The position numbers and the translations under genes were made by a program. A stretch of 64,000 nucleotides of DNA from Lytechinus pictus. Its lineage: Eukaryota. This document shows positions 24,484 to 37,139 of the stretch, piece by piece; the stretch's first letter is position 1, and each line of letters opens with the position of its first letter. A model generated the notes under the pieces. The model was not told the origin of the DNA. It made no database searches and was given only the letters and a program-made list of their open reading frames with translations. The stretch lies in NCBI RefSeq assembly GCF_037042905.1, contig NC_087246.1, positions 5,830,001 through 5,894,000 on the forward strand, given 5' to 3'.

Positions 24484-27447
24484 TATTTATATTTTGGCTG
24501 TCGTTTACTAGTTTTACGATATAAAAAGATATGGCACAATAAGCACCCCCTTGTCCGCGCTTGAAAAACACTGAGGGGATTTTCATTTTAACCACGAGAA
24601 GCCTTCGTATTAATAACACAAGCGGGTTTGTTAAGAGCACCTCTCAATTGGTGGGGGAAATCAAACATGATATCATTATCTTGTTTTTTGCGACAAATAT
24701 ATTTACATTTAAAAAAAAGAGAGAGCAATTTTTTATCAAAAAAACTACAACGAAAGTTATTTTTAGAAGGCATATTAAAAATTTTGACGGATTTGCAAAA
24801 TACATCGTCAACCAACCTACCAAGGTTTTCATGGTGGTGCTTTTACATGTTTGATAGTGAAATTAAAGGATTCGTGCACTCTTTTGGGAACGTAGGTTTT
24901 CGTAAATTTCGGGGGGCATTATGAGCTCCCAAAAAAGGACAAAATAGGAATTTGAAATAATTCATCTTCCAGCGCGAAGCGAGGAAGCTAAAACGTAAAA
25001 TGGCTTGTATACCTTGCTCCGATCAGAATTAATAGGAAAACATTGGCCACATTAATTATCTTTAGCTTGTTTGACAGAAGAGAAGACATGTATACAGGGG
25101 GATTCCTTTCCACGAATAGAATTGAAGCTCTGAAATTTCGAAATTTCTCTAAAACTTTCACTTGCTCTACTTCATTTTGATTTTTCTAAGATTGCAAAAC
25201 TTGATTATGAAGAAGATAGAGCTGGAAATGGGAAAGAGACAACGATGCGAGGGGAGGGATTTTTTTCACGTGAGGTACGAAAACCTTTGTGATTTACATT
25301 AATTTTATTTTAAAAAAATTACGTGTATAAGCCATTCTCATAAAAACTTGAGTGTTATTCAAATTTTCAAATAAAGGGCGCAAAATAAGAAAGGAGATGG
25401 ATGTGCAGCGATGTGGAATAAAGTTTCATCGTATAATCTATCATGAATTTAATGCCTGCCCCCTTTGAGCAAATACTTGCCAAAAACTTGCTAGCTGAAT
25501 TTAGCTGAAAAGCGGAAGAAATAGTATTATGCCGGAGTGGCCGCGTAGTGTTTACCCGCTCAGACCCCCTCAGATCATGCAGAAGAGCGGACATTTTGTG
25601 TCACAGGATTTGAAAGACAAAAATATTATGCCTACTTTACACCTGTTTCTACTCTAATTCCATGCGCGAATGTATACTTTTACGCTTTCTGGCAAGAAAA
25701 ACATTCACGAGTCCTATAGCCGCCGGGAAGGGGAGGGGGTAGAAAACGGGAGTGAAAAAATATAAGAAGGAAAAAACACCAAAAGTAAACCCTTCTTGCG
25801 TTTTCTCCGTTCGTTTTTTTTTCTTTTCCTCCTCCCTTTTTTTTTTTTTTTTTTTTTGGGGGGGGGGGGGGGGGGGAACGTTTCTTTCAATGAGGAGGGT
25901 GAAGTTGGGCAATCGCCCCCCCCCCCATTGGCTAAGTGTCTGTAATGATTTAGTGGTAGAAACTAAATGTTGGTATATAGGTGGTCAATAAGTTTAAAAA
26001 GCGATATATATATTAGCGCCAGCAGCGGTAAAGTTGCCAGCTGTAAATATGATGCAAACTAACTTTTTGTGATTTACGATTATTTCCTTTATATTCAGGC
26101 CAACTGTTTCTCCGAGTCCGCGTGGCGATTTCAGTTGGCTTAAAGGGGCCGTACTCCAGGCTGAAAATATGTGATTTAAAAAGATAAAATCAAATAAGCG
26201 AAAGAAAAATGAAAGTTTCATAAAAACGTTGACGAGGAAAAACAAAATTATGACAATGTAACTTTCAGTTCTCCGGTCCTCGTGAATGTGTAAAATGTGG
26301 ACAGATATCCTCACGTATTCTTTTTTTATGGACATCTACCTAAAAATGTTTTCTTCCAAAATGTTAAAAATACAGAAATTAATATTGAATACTCATAATC
26401 ACCGCTGAAACTTACGACAGGCCTATTTCTTTTCGAGAGACATTGATACAAACAAGTGTGAAAATATAAAACAATTTTGATTTAATGTAATATTTGGTGA
26501 CAAGACATCATCAGCCCACCTTTTTATTGCACATTAATGTCGGCTTGCATATACAACTGTTTTCGCAAAATATTACCAAATTTAAAGTTAATTAAAAAAA
26601 AAATTATATCAGATTTTGATGAAATTTTCAGCATTTGCTTATCGAATAATTATATTTTATTTATTCAGACATTTTTCATTTTCAGCCTGAACCAGAACGG
26701 GAAAAAGGAAAAAAAACATGAGGGGAAATTATTAGGCGAAAGTAAACCAAACGGAAGGAAAAACATTTTTTAACGAGTTGCGGGCCTTTTTATGTCCTCA
26801 TAATGGAAGCCTCAATTAAGATTCTCCTTGGTACTCAACGGTCTATATCTAGAGGGCCAGATATGGCGTATTGGTCAAAATTTATAAAAAGTTGTTAGAA
26901 AGCAAAAATATTAAATGTTGTGATAGATTTTGACATCAATATTAAGAAAATCATATCATATTTCACCCTTCTCTCTTTCCCTTTTCTTTCCTTTGCTTTG
27001 TTTTTTTCTTGCTCGTGATTTTGTCTTTGTTATTATTATTTTTGGGGGTGGGGTAAGCGCCCCAAAGCCACCCTCATCCGTTAGCGGAGTTCCTCATTAC
27101 CATTAAGTCGAGTTAATAGTCATGATAGTTCAGCGAACGGTTCTCGTTTGGTATCGTCATCTGGTTGGCACTTGTAACCTCCCGTGTAAAAAAAAATCCC
27201 TGACACCTCGACATAAAATTGTGAACATGGTGAATGTGAATTGAAATAATATTTTGATGGAGGTGTTCAGTGAACTGATTGAAGATGGTGGGAGCTATGA
27301 TCCGGACGGGCTAGGTGTAAAAATGGCAGAGGTATAAAATGGCAGAGGTAAAATGGCAAAGGTAAAAATGGCAGAGGTAAAAATGACAGAGGTATAAATG
27401 GCCAATCTTAAATCCCAAGCCAAAAAGTCCAAAAGCCCCTCCCCAGG

Positions 27448-27517
27448 GTCGTGGATTCGAACCCACGACCCTCTGTTTCAAAGTCCGAAGACTAATCCAC
27501 TGGGCCACAACGCTCCA
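27448..27517 (-). mobile_element. SINE fragment (tRNA-derived head only)
   Basis: Near-identical to the heads of the SINEs at 37360-37654 and 50569-50865; A box TGGCCCAGTGG, B box GGTTCGAATCC. Confidence 0.75.
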
Positions 27518-28019
27518 CAGATAATGTTGGACTAATGGAAAGGGAAACATTTTTAAATCATACTTTCGATCTTCTGCACCAAATTGATAACACTTGAGTT
27601 GGTATCTCTGAATTTTTCCTGTACTTATATATGCACGGCCTTCTCATGTCAAATATCGCTCTTCTAATATTCAAGTGAAGCACATTTCATTGAATCCCAA
27701 GTACTGTACTTAATTAATTACGGGGGAAATTCACCCTGAAATATTAAGTTTATTTTAAAAATAGCAGAAAATAATTAAAATGATATTCATGATATTGGTG
27801 AGGGTTTACGGAATTCTTTAAAGATTTAAAAGCTATTTGATATTTTTATTTTAATGGTGACGTCATTTGCGAGCAGTTTTTCCAATGGTGTATTAAAAAT
27901 ATCAATGAAATGTAATTTTCTTTAAAAAAAAATGAAAATGGTTTTATTAAACCTTAAGTATATCAACATACAAATCATTTCACACCCGATCCTGAAAGAT
28001 TTTTTAGCATGTCATGATC

Positions 28020-28417
28020 TTTACCTCTGCCATTATTACCTCTGCCATTTTTACCACTGCCATTTTTACCACTGCCATTATTATATACCTCTGCCATTAT
28101 TACCTCTGCCATTTTTACCTCTGCCATTTTTACCTCTGCCATTATTACCTCTGCCATTTTACCACTGCCATTTTTACCACTGCCATTATTATATACCTCT
28201 GCCATTATTACCTCTGCCATTTTACCTCCGCCATTTTTTCCTCTGCCATTTTTACCTCTGCCATTTTTACCTCTGCCATTATTACCTCTGCCATTTTTAC
28301 CACTGCCATTATTATATACCTCTGCCATTATTACCTCTGCCATTTTTACCTCTGCCATTTTTACCACTGCCATTATTATATACCTCTGCCATTATTACCT
28401 CTGCCATTTTACCTCCG
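28020..28417. repeat. Minisatellite of TACC(T/A)CTGCCATT.. units with higher-order periodicity
   Basis: About 25 units read directly; a block ending ATTATTATA recurs four times; source of the repetitive ORFs at 27932-28622. Confidence 0.92.
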
Positions 28418-28979
28418 CCGGGGGGCAGCCTGCCCCCCCCCCCCCCGCCTGTTACGCCACTGCCAGGGCTCGAACCCCGAACCTCTGCATGGATTTGTAA
28501 CTTCTCCAAGTAGCTTGGATATAGGTACACGCCACAACGCCAAGTTGGTCATGCTTCTAGATGGTCATTGCACTACCCGGTACATTTTCATTTATCCTCG
28601 GAAGTATCGCTTTAATCAATAGTTAATTCATGGAGCTTAGCTCCATCGTTAATTCTTGTCGGCATTTCCACCCTACAAAGTGATTACCTTACAAAGGCTG
28701 GACATCAAAAGATTGGTGAGAGGGGCAGACTACGGAGGCAATATGGTTTTTACCATGGAATTCTTAGTCTTCAATTCAAGTGAAGTTAAAGTTGTACACT
28801 TCGGTTTATCAGTTGATTCTAAAATGAAGTTCAATATAAGGAAAAAAAAATAATTAAGCGATTGACTCACGACATAAAATAGCATTTGGTGCAAAAATTG
28901 TCTAATAAGAGATTTGAATACATGAATTTTTGGCCCGGATTTCTAGGAAATATCAATTGAGCCTGAATTCTAGAACTAT

Positions 28980-29473
28980 CCAACATAATTGAGCCTGTAC
29001 GAGCGTATATCGCGAGAGCGAGCATAATTATTATGCATGCGCTCCATTATGCACCCACCAGCTAGCTTTTGGTGCACTTCAGTATCGGACAAATTATACT
29101 CTACAGTGGACTGAAGCTTTCGTAGAACTATTCTACACTATTATTCCCTTAGTAATGATTGGATTCTCTATCTGATGTGTTTCACGGAATTTTTGGAACT
29201 AAACCAATTTTTAGGCCATTGTAAGGCGAGATCTTGATCGGAATATTCATCCTGTCATGGCTGTATGATCTGTTGTGGACAGACTACCGGCGAACGGTAC
29301 CGTACTTCCCGCAGTACAGTGCGGCGGTACGGTGTGATGTGTGCTGGTAGTGGTACAGTCATACAAAAGCGGTATTGGACGAGAAGATCGAGGCGATTGA
29401 CGTACGTTGCACAGCACCGCTTCAGCAGCTCGCACTAACTAGTAGTAGTAGCAGCAGAGTCTGCTTGGCAAAA
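28980..29473 (+). promoter_or_regulatory. CpG-rich putative promoter/5' UTR of the TMEM132-like gene
   Basis: CpG-rich unique sequence directly upstream of the ATG; TATCGCGAGA at 29008-29017. Confidence 0.45.
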
Positions 29474-29543
29474 ATGGCGAATACACTGTATTTTGTCGTA
29501 AGCGTCGCAGTGATTCAGTGCATTCTTTTACAAAGTCATGAAG
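29474..29543 (+). CDS. TMEM132: TMEM132-family gene, coding exon 1, signal peptide (MANTLYFVVSVAVIQCILLQSHE-)
   Basis: AAAATGG start context, hydrophobic signal-like stretch, G|GTAGGT donor in phase 1 matching the phase-1 acceptor at 58253; CpG-rich upstream region. Confidence 0.75.
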
Positions 29544-29769
29544 GTAGGTCTATCGACATCATTGATTTCTGTGTGGACACTATAACTGTAGTGTTAGAGA
29601 TCTGACGTGGTCATTGTGATGGGTGCGATGAAGTTCCCAAGCCAAGGCAAGGGCAAGGCCAGGGCCCAGGCCAGGTCACAGGTGCTGTTCTGTGCATGAT
29701 GGTTCATACTGTCTAGGGGTGGTACGGGTATACTCCCTTACTGGTGCATTGACCCTGGCATTGACCTGG

Positions 29770-29880
29770 CGGTGGTGATGTGTGGTGATGATAAATGATG
29801 ATGATAGATGATGATGATTAATGATGATGATGATGGTGATGATGATGGTGGTGATGATGATGATCATGGTGGTGGTGCAC
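29770..29880. repeat. (GAT)n/(GGT)n microsatellite at the start of TMEM132 intron 1
   Basis: Read directly. Confidence 0.85.
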
Positions 29881-30532
29881 TCAAGCCAGGGTTCATTACA
29901 TTAACTTCGCAATACGTGTGAGTGGGTGGTGGTGGTGTTGGTGATAGTTGATGAAAACTACATGTATATGACAATTGGTGACGATGATTAAGAAACTTGT
30001 TTTATGTACCTGTGACCCAGGGAGATGGACCTTCATCCTTATTTTTTCCCCTTTTATTTCGGTTGCTATTACGACCCCATTCTACCCCATTTTAGAGTAT
30101 CCTCTGCTTAATATTACACAGACGAGTCCTGGGCTCCCTGGGTTAATAATCATGTACATGTAGACTGTCTTCAAAGTTCATGTCAGTCAGTATTCAATAC
30201 ACAAAATTTTCTTTACAAAAAAACTTGCTACAGTTCTTGACTTTGATGGTGTGACATCATCCCTGGGGCTACATGTAGACCCTATAACTGTAATATATAG
30301 CCCAGGGCAACCACTCCTCTATTCAAATTTGCAACAATTTTTAAAAAGTTAGGGCCTACACAGATAATATCCAGCAGGTACCGTCACACTGGCACCCCAG
30401 CAAATTTTCCAAAATAATGCAAACCCCAAAGTGCATTTAGATGTTGAGATTATTGGCAATGGCAGTAGAGTCAAGGAGTGACTATCCAGCAGGACAGGAT
30501 CTACATGTACTGTAGGAGTGGTCAGTCACTTA

Positions 30533-31125
30533 AGGGAATTCCAACCCAAATAAAAAAAAATTTAGAGGAAAAATGAAAATCGGACAAGTTGATACATGCA
30601 GGTGAAAGTTTGAACAATATTGGACAAACAATGAGAAAGTTATGAAATTTTAAAAGGTGTAAAAATGGGTAATCAGTTAATCCCTATACCCATGGAGACT
30701 TCAAATTGGCTGCATATGTGATGTCATTGTAATGTAAAGGCAAGGACTACTCTTCCATGTACTCCATTACATATAATGGCTAAAATGGCAAAAGTTATAC
30801 TTCAAATTATATTTTTTCTTTTATGAGGACATATAACAATATACTACCTGGGTTATATTTAGATTACTGCCCCAGGGGAATGGGTGCTTAGGAGAAAACC
30901 ACAAATCCCTGATAATTAAGTACATGGCTTAAGGGAAAGTTGTCCTTGCCCCTTGTCATAATATACTTTCCAAGTTCCCAATTTGAAATCTAGTTAGGGA
31001 TCTCAATTTTAAAGCAGCCATAACTTTCATATCGCTTGTCTGATTTCTTTCAAACTTTCACCATTCTATTTTCTTTATTTTTCTACTTTCCAACACAACA
31101 TTTATGACCAAGGCTGGGTTCCCCT
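30533..31125. mobile_element. TTAA-flanked MITE (Kolobok-like)
   Basis: TTAAGGGAATTCCAACCC ... GGCTGGGTTCCCCT|TTAA; inner GGTGAAAGTTTGA..AAAGTTATG is inverted as CATAACTTT..TCAAACTTTCACC. Confidence 0.7.
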
Positions 31126-31441
31126 TTAATGCGATCTGTAATAAAGTTAGCGGCAATCAGAGTCCTCACTCCTCAGAATACTCAGAGAGCATACCATGAT
31201 ACCAAGTACTAGTATTTGTTTGACCTGTACTGGAGTTTACCTCCTGTGTCTGGGATCCCTTCACCAGAAAAGAATATCAAGATATATACAGAGATAAGTA
31301 CCATCAAACATCAGTTGTTAACCAAATAATTAAGACCTACATGTACATGTAATGATAGGTTAGCAGTTCCTGGAGTGATGAAGGAAAATATGTCTGTCAA
31401 TGCTGTATTAGGTTGACAATATAGCCAAAATCACTGTCCTA

Positions 31442-32160
31442 GGCTGCGTTTATCCGACCTCAAGCCAGAATCGTGATTTGAATCATGATTGGAATCATGA
31501 TTCAAATCACAAACATGAATCACAATTACTACAGAATCAGGGTTTAGACGACCTTCGTTCCAACGCTGTTTCTCCTCGGATTCGGACCGATCCAGTGCGC
31601 AGTTTGACCCAGGAAGTATAGGTCAACGTTGGACACTAAGGCTGCGTTTATCCGACCTCAAGCCAGAATCGTGATTTGAATCATGATTGGAATCATGATT
31701 CAAATCACAAACATGAATCACAATTACTACAGAATCAGGGTTTAGACGACCTTCGTTCCAACGCTGTTTCTCCTCGGATTCGGACCGATCCAGTGCGCAT
31801 CACAGTGCGCAGTTTGACCCAGGAAGTATAGGTCAACGTTGGACACTTAATTGGAGGTCGGCGACGTACATGTGATGTGACAACGTGGGGCGCGCGCCTT
31901 GGCAAGAACCGGAAATAGCTCGACACAATGACGTCATATAATCATGATTCAAATCACGATATCGTTTATCCGAACATTTTCGTACGTGATTCTGCAGAAA
32001 CGTCTTTCCAAACGCCCTTTTTTTCGTAGTTCATGTTTGTGATTCTAATCATGATTATATTCAATTTCGACTAAACGCAATCGTGATTCTGCAGAATCGT
32101 GATTTGAATCATGATTGGAATCATGATTATAGGGTAAAAAAGTGGCGGATAAACGCACCC
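31442..32160. mobile_element. Harbinger-like MITE with 3-bp TSD and a duplicated left ~198 bp
   Basis: TIR GG(C/G)TGCGTTTATCCG; CTA on both flanks; GAATCATGATT palindromic motifs; decayed relative at ~43922-44650. Confidence 0.85.
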
Positions 32161-33537
32161 CTACAGTAATGTCCTATCATAAAGTCAACACTTATTCCAT
32201 GTAATTCCAACACCCTGTTGGGGTACCATCTCATGTCATCACAGTAATTGTAACAAATTGTTAACAAATTTATGGCAAAGTGCAATTTGCCCCCTATTAA
32301 AATCTCTAATATATCGCTTGTAAGTTATCAAAACCACCATCTAGAAATTTCTACCTGGTTCAATATTTATGAACATGATGAAAGTATTTAGGCTTGCTAG
32401 TGTTCTGAATAAATACAAGTGCATGTTTGCCTGACATACAAAGAGATGGATGATTAATATTAATGTTAGCCTCCTTTTGATGCAAAGATAGTCACCGCCT
32501 TTTTTTACATTTTGTTTTATGTACCATTACCAACTACATGTACATTTACCAAGGCATATCTAATCATTTACATTCATGTACAAAGGAACAGTTTTCCTGG
32601 TCTTGGGGTTTTTCTTTTAATTTTAGCTTATGTCCTGTATTAGAATATTCAGATAATGTTTTGGGTCTAATCTCCTTGGGTACATGTACAGTACATGTCG
32701 TGTCTGTGGGTTGGTTTGTGCATCTACCATTACAGTAACTCAGTATTGTTATGCTGCATTCCAGAAACGATCCGTATTTGCAATTTTTATCACATCATAT
32801 CAAATATCAATATATAAACCTTTCAGTTTACAAAGGTAAAAAATCATTATGACAACTAGATTTAATTACAGATAAGCTGTAAAACTAACAATATCTATCT
32901 GGGTGGCAGAAAAAAAAGATCAATGCCGGAGGGCAGTGTGTATTGATAGCAAGATTGAATAGCAAGATAAGTTCCCATCCAATGGCCTCTTTCACTGATC
33001 TTTCCGAGTGAATGGTTGGATATTTGTTGCCAATAAGGTAGATAAAGAATATGAGCAAAGTTACAAAGATTTTTATTTCATCAATAAATTGATGTGGAAT
33101 CAGCAAGTCACAACGGGATGTTGTTCCTGTACAAATTGTACATGCATTTGTTACTGTGAGGTTGTAGAGTGGGGGATTCGCTATAAACAAGAGGGTTTGT
33201 ATTGAAGTCTATGCTTGAATGCTTGGAACATAAAAATCTCAACCCTACCCCCCCCCCCCCTTTGATTTTTCAAATGGTTCATTGTTCAGTAATTTGTAAC
33301 GTTTGATACTTTACTATTTACAATTCTTTCGTCAATCCATTTCGTGATGGTTTCAAACATCTATTGAGAACTTGGATCAAACAAAGTTCCATATCAGTGC
33401 TGCAGTATTGTGAGGAAAGTCAGGAAATATCAAGTGCATACATGTAATTGGCATTCAACAAAGAGGAAAGTTACTCTATGCACTTGCTTTCTGCAGTGAT
33501 ATACATGTACAGTAGTTTATATATTTTTTGTTTAAAT

Positions 33538-35274
33538 TAGGAATGGGCTATACATGGGTCAAACATACTTTTTTTGTCAATTTAATATGCCAACAGTTTT
33601 TATCTATTCCTTGTACCTTATCTCAACATGAAATGACAATATTTTTTGTCTCAGGGCCGAGAAAAAAGTGTGCCGGGCCAAAATCCAAAATGGCCGCCAA
33701 AATCCCCCAAAATCACAGTTTTGGCCACAACTTCTTTATTTGGTGGTTTTTTCTCTGGTTTTGGTGTCTATTCATATGTTTTGGGGAGCAGGCAATATGT
33801 TTTACCTGAAATTAGTACTTAAAAAAACATTATTTGTAGAGTTAAAGGGTTATTTGATACCTAAATTTACACATTTTTAGACCCATTTTTCAGCCAAAAA
33901 TTAGGTTTCATCGTCTTGTGGTTCTTGGATATTGGACGATACGAGTTCCACAATAGCAAGTAGTTTAATAAAGCTATATTGCTCATATTCCTCTACTCTG
34001 GGTTCTACGGATATTTTCGAAATATATCTTATTAAATTAAAAAAATGTTATTTATCAATAGGGGCCATACAGTATACTATGTATTGTACATACATTGTAC
34101 TGCACTGCATACATGTATGTCCATGCATTGACCACCATGGCAATGTCTACAGGTAGATCTATATTAACTATAGTGTCATAGAAATGACCTCTTGAATTAG
34201 GTGCCTCAGAAATTAAAGATACTGTATGCTTTGTCTCAGAAATTGAAGACATTTTTTGTCAAATATGCTCATTCAGGGGGCGGAGAGGAAAAATATAATT
34301 AACAATGGACTATAGTCAACCCCACATTATGGCATTCACACTGTGGCTATTCTGCTACCATTATGGTAACTTTGCCATTCAATTGTAACTTGCATGGAAT
34401 CCTTGATTCTGATTGGCCGTTGATCAGCGTTACCGTTGGAAGTTAATTGACAACATAAACATAGGGTTAGACACAACCAGGTAAAAACAAGCCTCCAAAA
34501 GAGGAAGGTACATGTATGGCTATTATGTGCGTACATGTACATGATGTTTACACCGTATGTGCAATTTATGTTTATCATCGGATTACATATTTCCATCATG
34601 TATATCAGCTATTAAAAAAAAACAAGCAATCAAATTCACCAGTCACAATCTAATTCTAAACCTCAGGAGCTCACTTCTATGACACTATAGTTATACAGGA
34701 TATGTCATGGTGGTCAATGCATGGATATACATGTATGCAGTGTACATGTAGTATGTACAGTACATTGTATACCATACAGCCCCTATGGACAAATGACATT
34801 TTCCTTTATTTGACAAGATATATTTCGCAATATCCGTTAACCCCAATTTAAAGATATAAAAGCTCTTTATCTATATGATGCTGCTTACTACTGGTCAACT
34901 GGTATCGTCTAATATCCAAGAACCATGAGACAATGAAACCTAATTTTTTGCTGAAAAGGGGGTCTAAAAATTAGTGAATTTAAGTAATATCACCTTATAA
35001 CTATACAAATAATGGTTTAAAAGTACTAATTTTAGGAAAAACAAATTGCCTGCCCCCTAAAACATATGAATAGACACCAAAACTAGAGAAAAAGACCACC
35101 AAATAAAGAAGTTATGGCCAAAACTGTAATTTTTGGGGGTTTTGGCGGCCATTTTGGATTTTGGCCGGCACACTTTTTTCTTGGACCCGAGACAAAAATT
35201 ATTATCATTTCATGTTGAGATAAGGTAAAAGGAATACAAAAAAACTGTTGGCACCCATTTATAGCCCACTCCTA
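33538..35274. mobile_element. 1.7-kb foldback element with ~600-650-bp imperfect inverted arms
   Basis: TAGGAATGGGCTATA versus TATAGCCCACTCCTA; e.g. GGCCAAAATCCAAAATGGCCGCCAAAA (33676) versus TTTTGGCGGCCATTTTGGATTTTGGCC (35140); inversion continues to ~34190/34670. Confidence 0.88.
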
Positions 35275-35719
35275 TTTAAAATAATAGTCTTTTTTGTCTA
35301 GTACTGTAGTCTTACCATGCAAACTTAATTATTTGAAATCTTTCCTGTTAAAATTATTTTGACCAAGCTTTCACAGACAATATGCACCAGGACAAGCATA
35401 CCTATTCTCTGTCCTCTTTGATCCATCCAAACACATCTTTGAGCTGCCTCCATACTAACGATGTATGTTTATAACTCCCCTTTAGACAGATCTTCCCTTG
35501 CAATGTTTTGAAAGCTCACTGCTCATGTACATAGGCCTACATTTTGTAGCAAAGATTTTTGTCTGGAACTGTATTGTGGCAAATTTGTGAAAGTCGAGAT
35601 ACTTATGAAAGATTATCTGACATTTCAATCCAGGAATCAGAGAAATTCAGTGTATTCTTTAGATTTGTGCAATGTACATTTACAGAGATGGTGACTCTTC
35701 CATTTTTGCAATTCTTTTC

Positions 35720-36792
35720 TTTTTATGCCCCCGCAGACAAAGTCTGGAGGGGGCATTAAGCGTACTTGCCCCTGTCCGTCCCCCCACTTGGTTTCCGCGC
35801 AATAACTCGAAAAATATTTAGTGGATTTGAAAATTTTTTGGTGTGTAGGTAGATGATACCAAAATACAGGCTAAGTTCGAATTCGGAGTCCGCAGGTCAA
35901 AGGTCACAGCACATGCGAGCTGGTTTCTGCATGATAAATTATGAAATATTCAACGGATTTAAAAAATTTTGGTGTGTAGGTGGATGACACCAAAATACAG
36001 GCTAAGTTTAAATTCAGAGTCCGCAGGTCAAAGGTTACAGCTCATTGAATATGCAAGCTGGTTTCCGCATGATGACTAATGAAATATTCAACAGATTAAA
36101 AAATATTTGGGTGTGTACATAGATGACACCAAAATACAGGCTAAGTTCGAATTCGGAGTCTGCTGGTCAAAGGTTACAGCTCATTATATAGGCGAATTGG
36201 TTTCCGCATGATAACTTTGGAAATATTCACCAGATATTAAAAATGTTTGGTGTCTGGGTAGATACAGTCGGGTCACATCAAATGACCTGACTGTCATATC
36301 TTCTGTCAGAGATTATTATGGAAAGGGTGAATCTTTAGGTCAAAGGTCTAAATTTGTTCATTATATATATGCATATTGGTTTCTGCACGATATTAAGTTC
36401 AATCATATTGAATGAATTTCTGATCGCGTTAAGCGGGGGCAGGACAGGTCAAATTTCTAGTTTCTTTTTGCTCTAGAAAACAGTCTGACATCACAGCATT
36501 CATTCCTCCCCTAGTATCAGTCGTGGAAAGTTGCTGATCCCAGGTATGATGTACATTACTAAAAGGTGACCCAAGTTGGGTATTGTTTAGGCCTACCGGT
36601 ACGTCTAAATTTTTCCCTATCCGAGGTAGGTCCTGGGCTGGACCGTCTGTTGGGTACGCAATGTTCAAGATGAAACATGGGTCATATTTATTTGCATGAT
36701 CTATTCCATAGACAGAGCCGCTGCGCCTATGCTTGGTTCGTGGCCTGGGTGGCCAGATGCATTTGTCGCTCTGGCACTACAGCGCATCGTTT
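35720..36792 (+). mobile_element. Helentron/DINE-like non-autonomous element with ~120-bp internal tandem repeats
   Basis: Starts in a T-run with TTTATGCCCCCGC..GGGGGCAT hairpin then TGTCCGTCC; about 4 tandem units GGTGTGTAGGTAGATGA.ACCAAAATACAGGCTAAGTTCGAATTCGGAGTCCGCAGGTCAAAGGT; 3' end approximate. Confidence 0.6.
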
Positions 36793-37139
36793 TAAGCTGT
36801 TATCCGACTGCTTCAGTTCTGTTACTATGAGATAATTTTTTTTTTTTTAAACAAACAACTTCTTTTATACCTTCATAAAGTCCAAAGAATAGTTTTTTGT
36901 CAAAGAAGGTTGGCATCTTCTGCTTTATGTACATATACTGTAGGCCTGCACATTTGCAGTGTTCTCACGCGATCTCTCAACAGCTCTATAGTCATCGTCA
37001 TACTTTCATTGATCTTGATTATTGTTGATAACTTGATTATGTTGCGACATTTGAGCATTATGTACATGTAGGCCTGTATAATGTAGCTTCATCAATCGAC
37101 AAATTGTCTTTGAGGTACCAAAATATGCTTTTCAGAAAT

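Larger units (their letters stand above)
27312..28420. mobile_element. Foldback-like element whose inverted arms are 14-20-bp tandem repeats
   Basis: Left arm (AAAAATGGCAGAGGT)n at 27312-27403; right arm (TTACCTCTGCCATTT/ATT)n at 28020-28417. Confidence 0.65.

Noticed and set aside
27932..28622. Long repetitive ORFs on both strands (LCHFY, TSAIF, MAEVK repeats)
   Set aside because: They are translations of a stop-poor minisatellite, open in several frames, with no splice or domain support.
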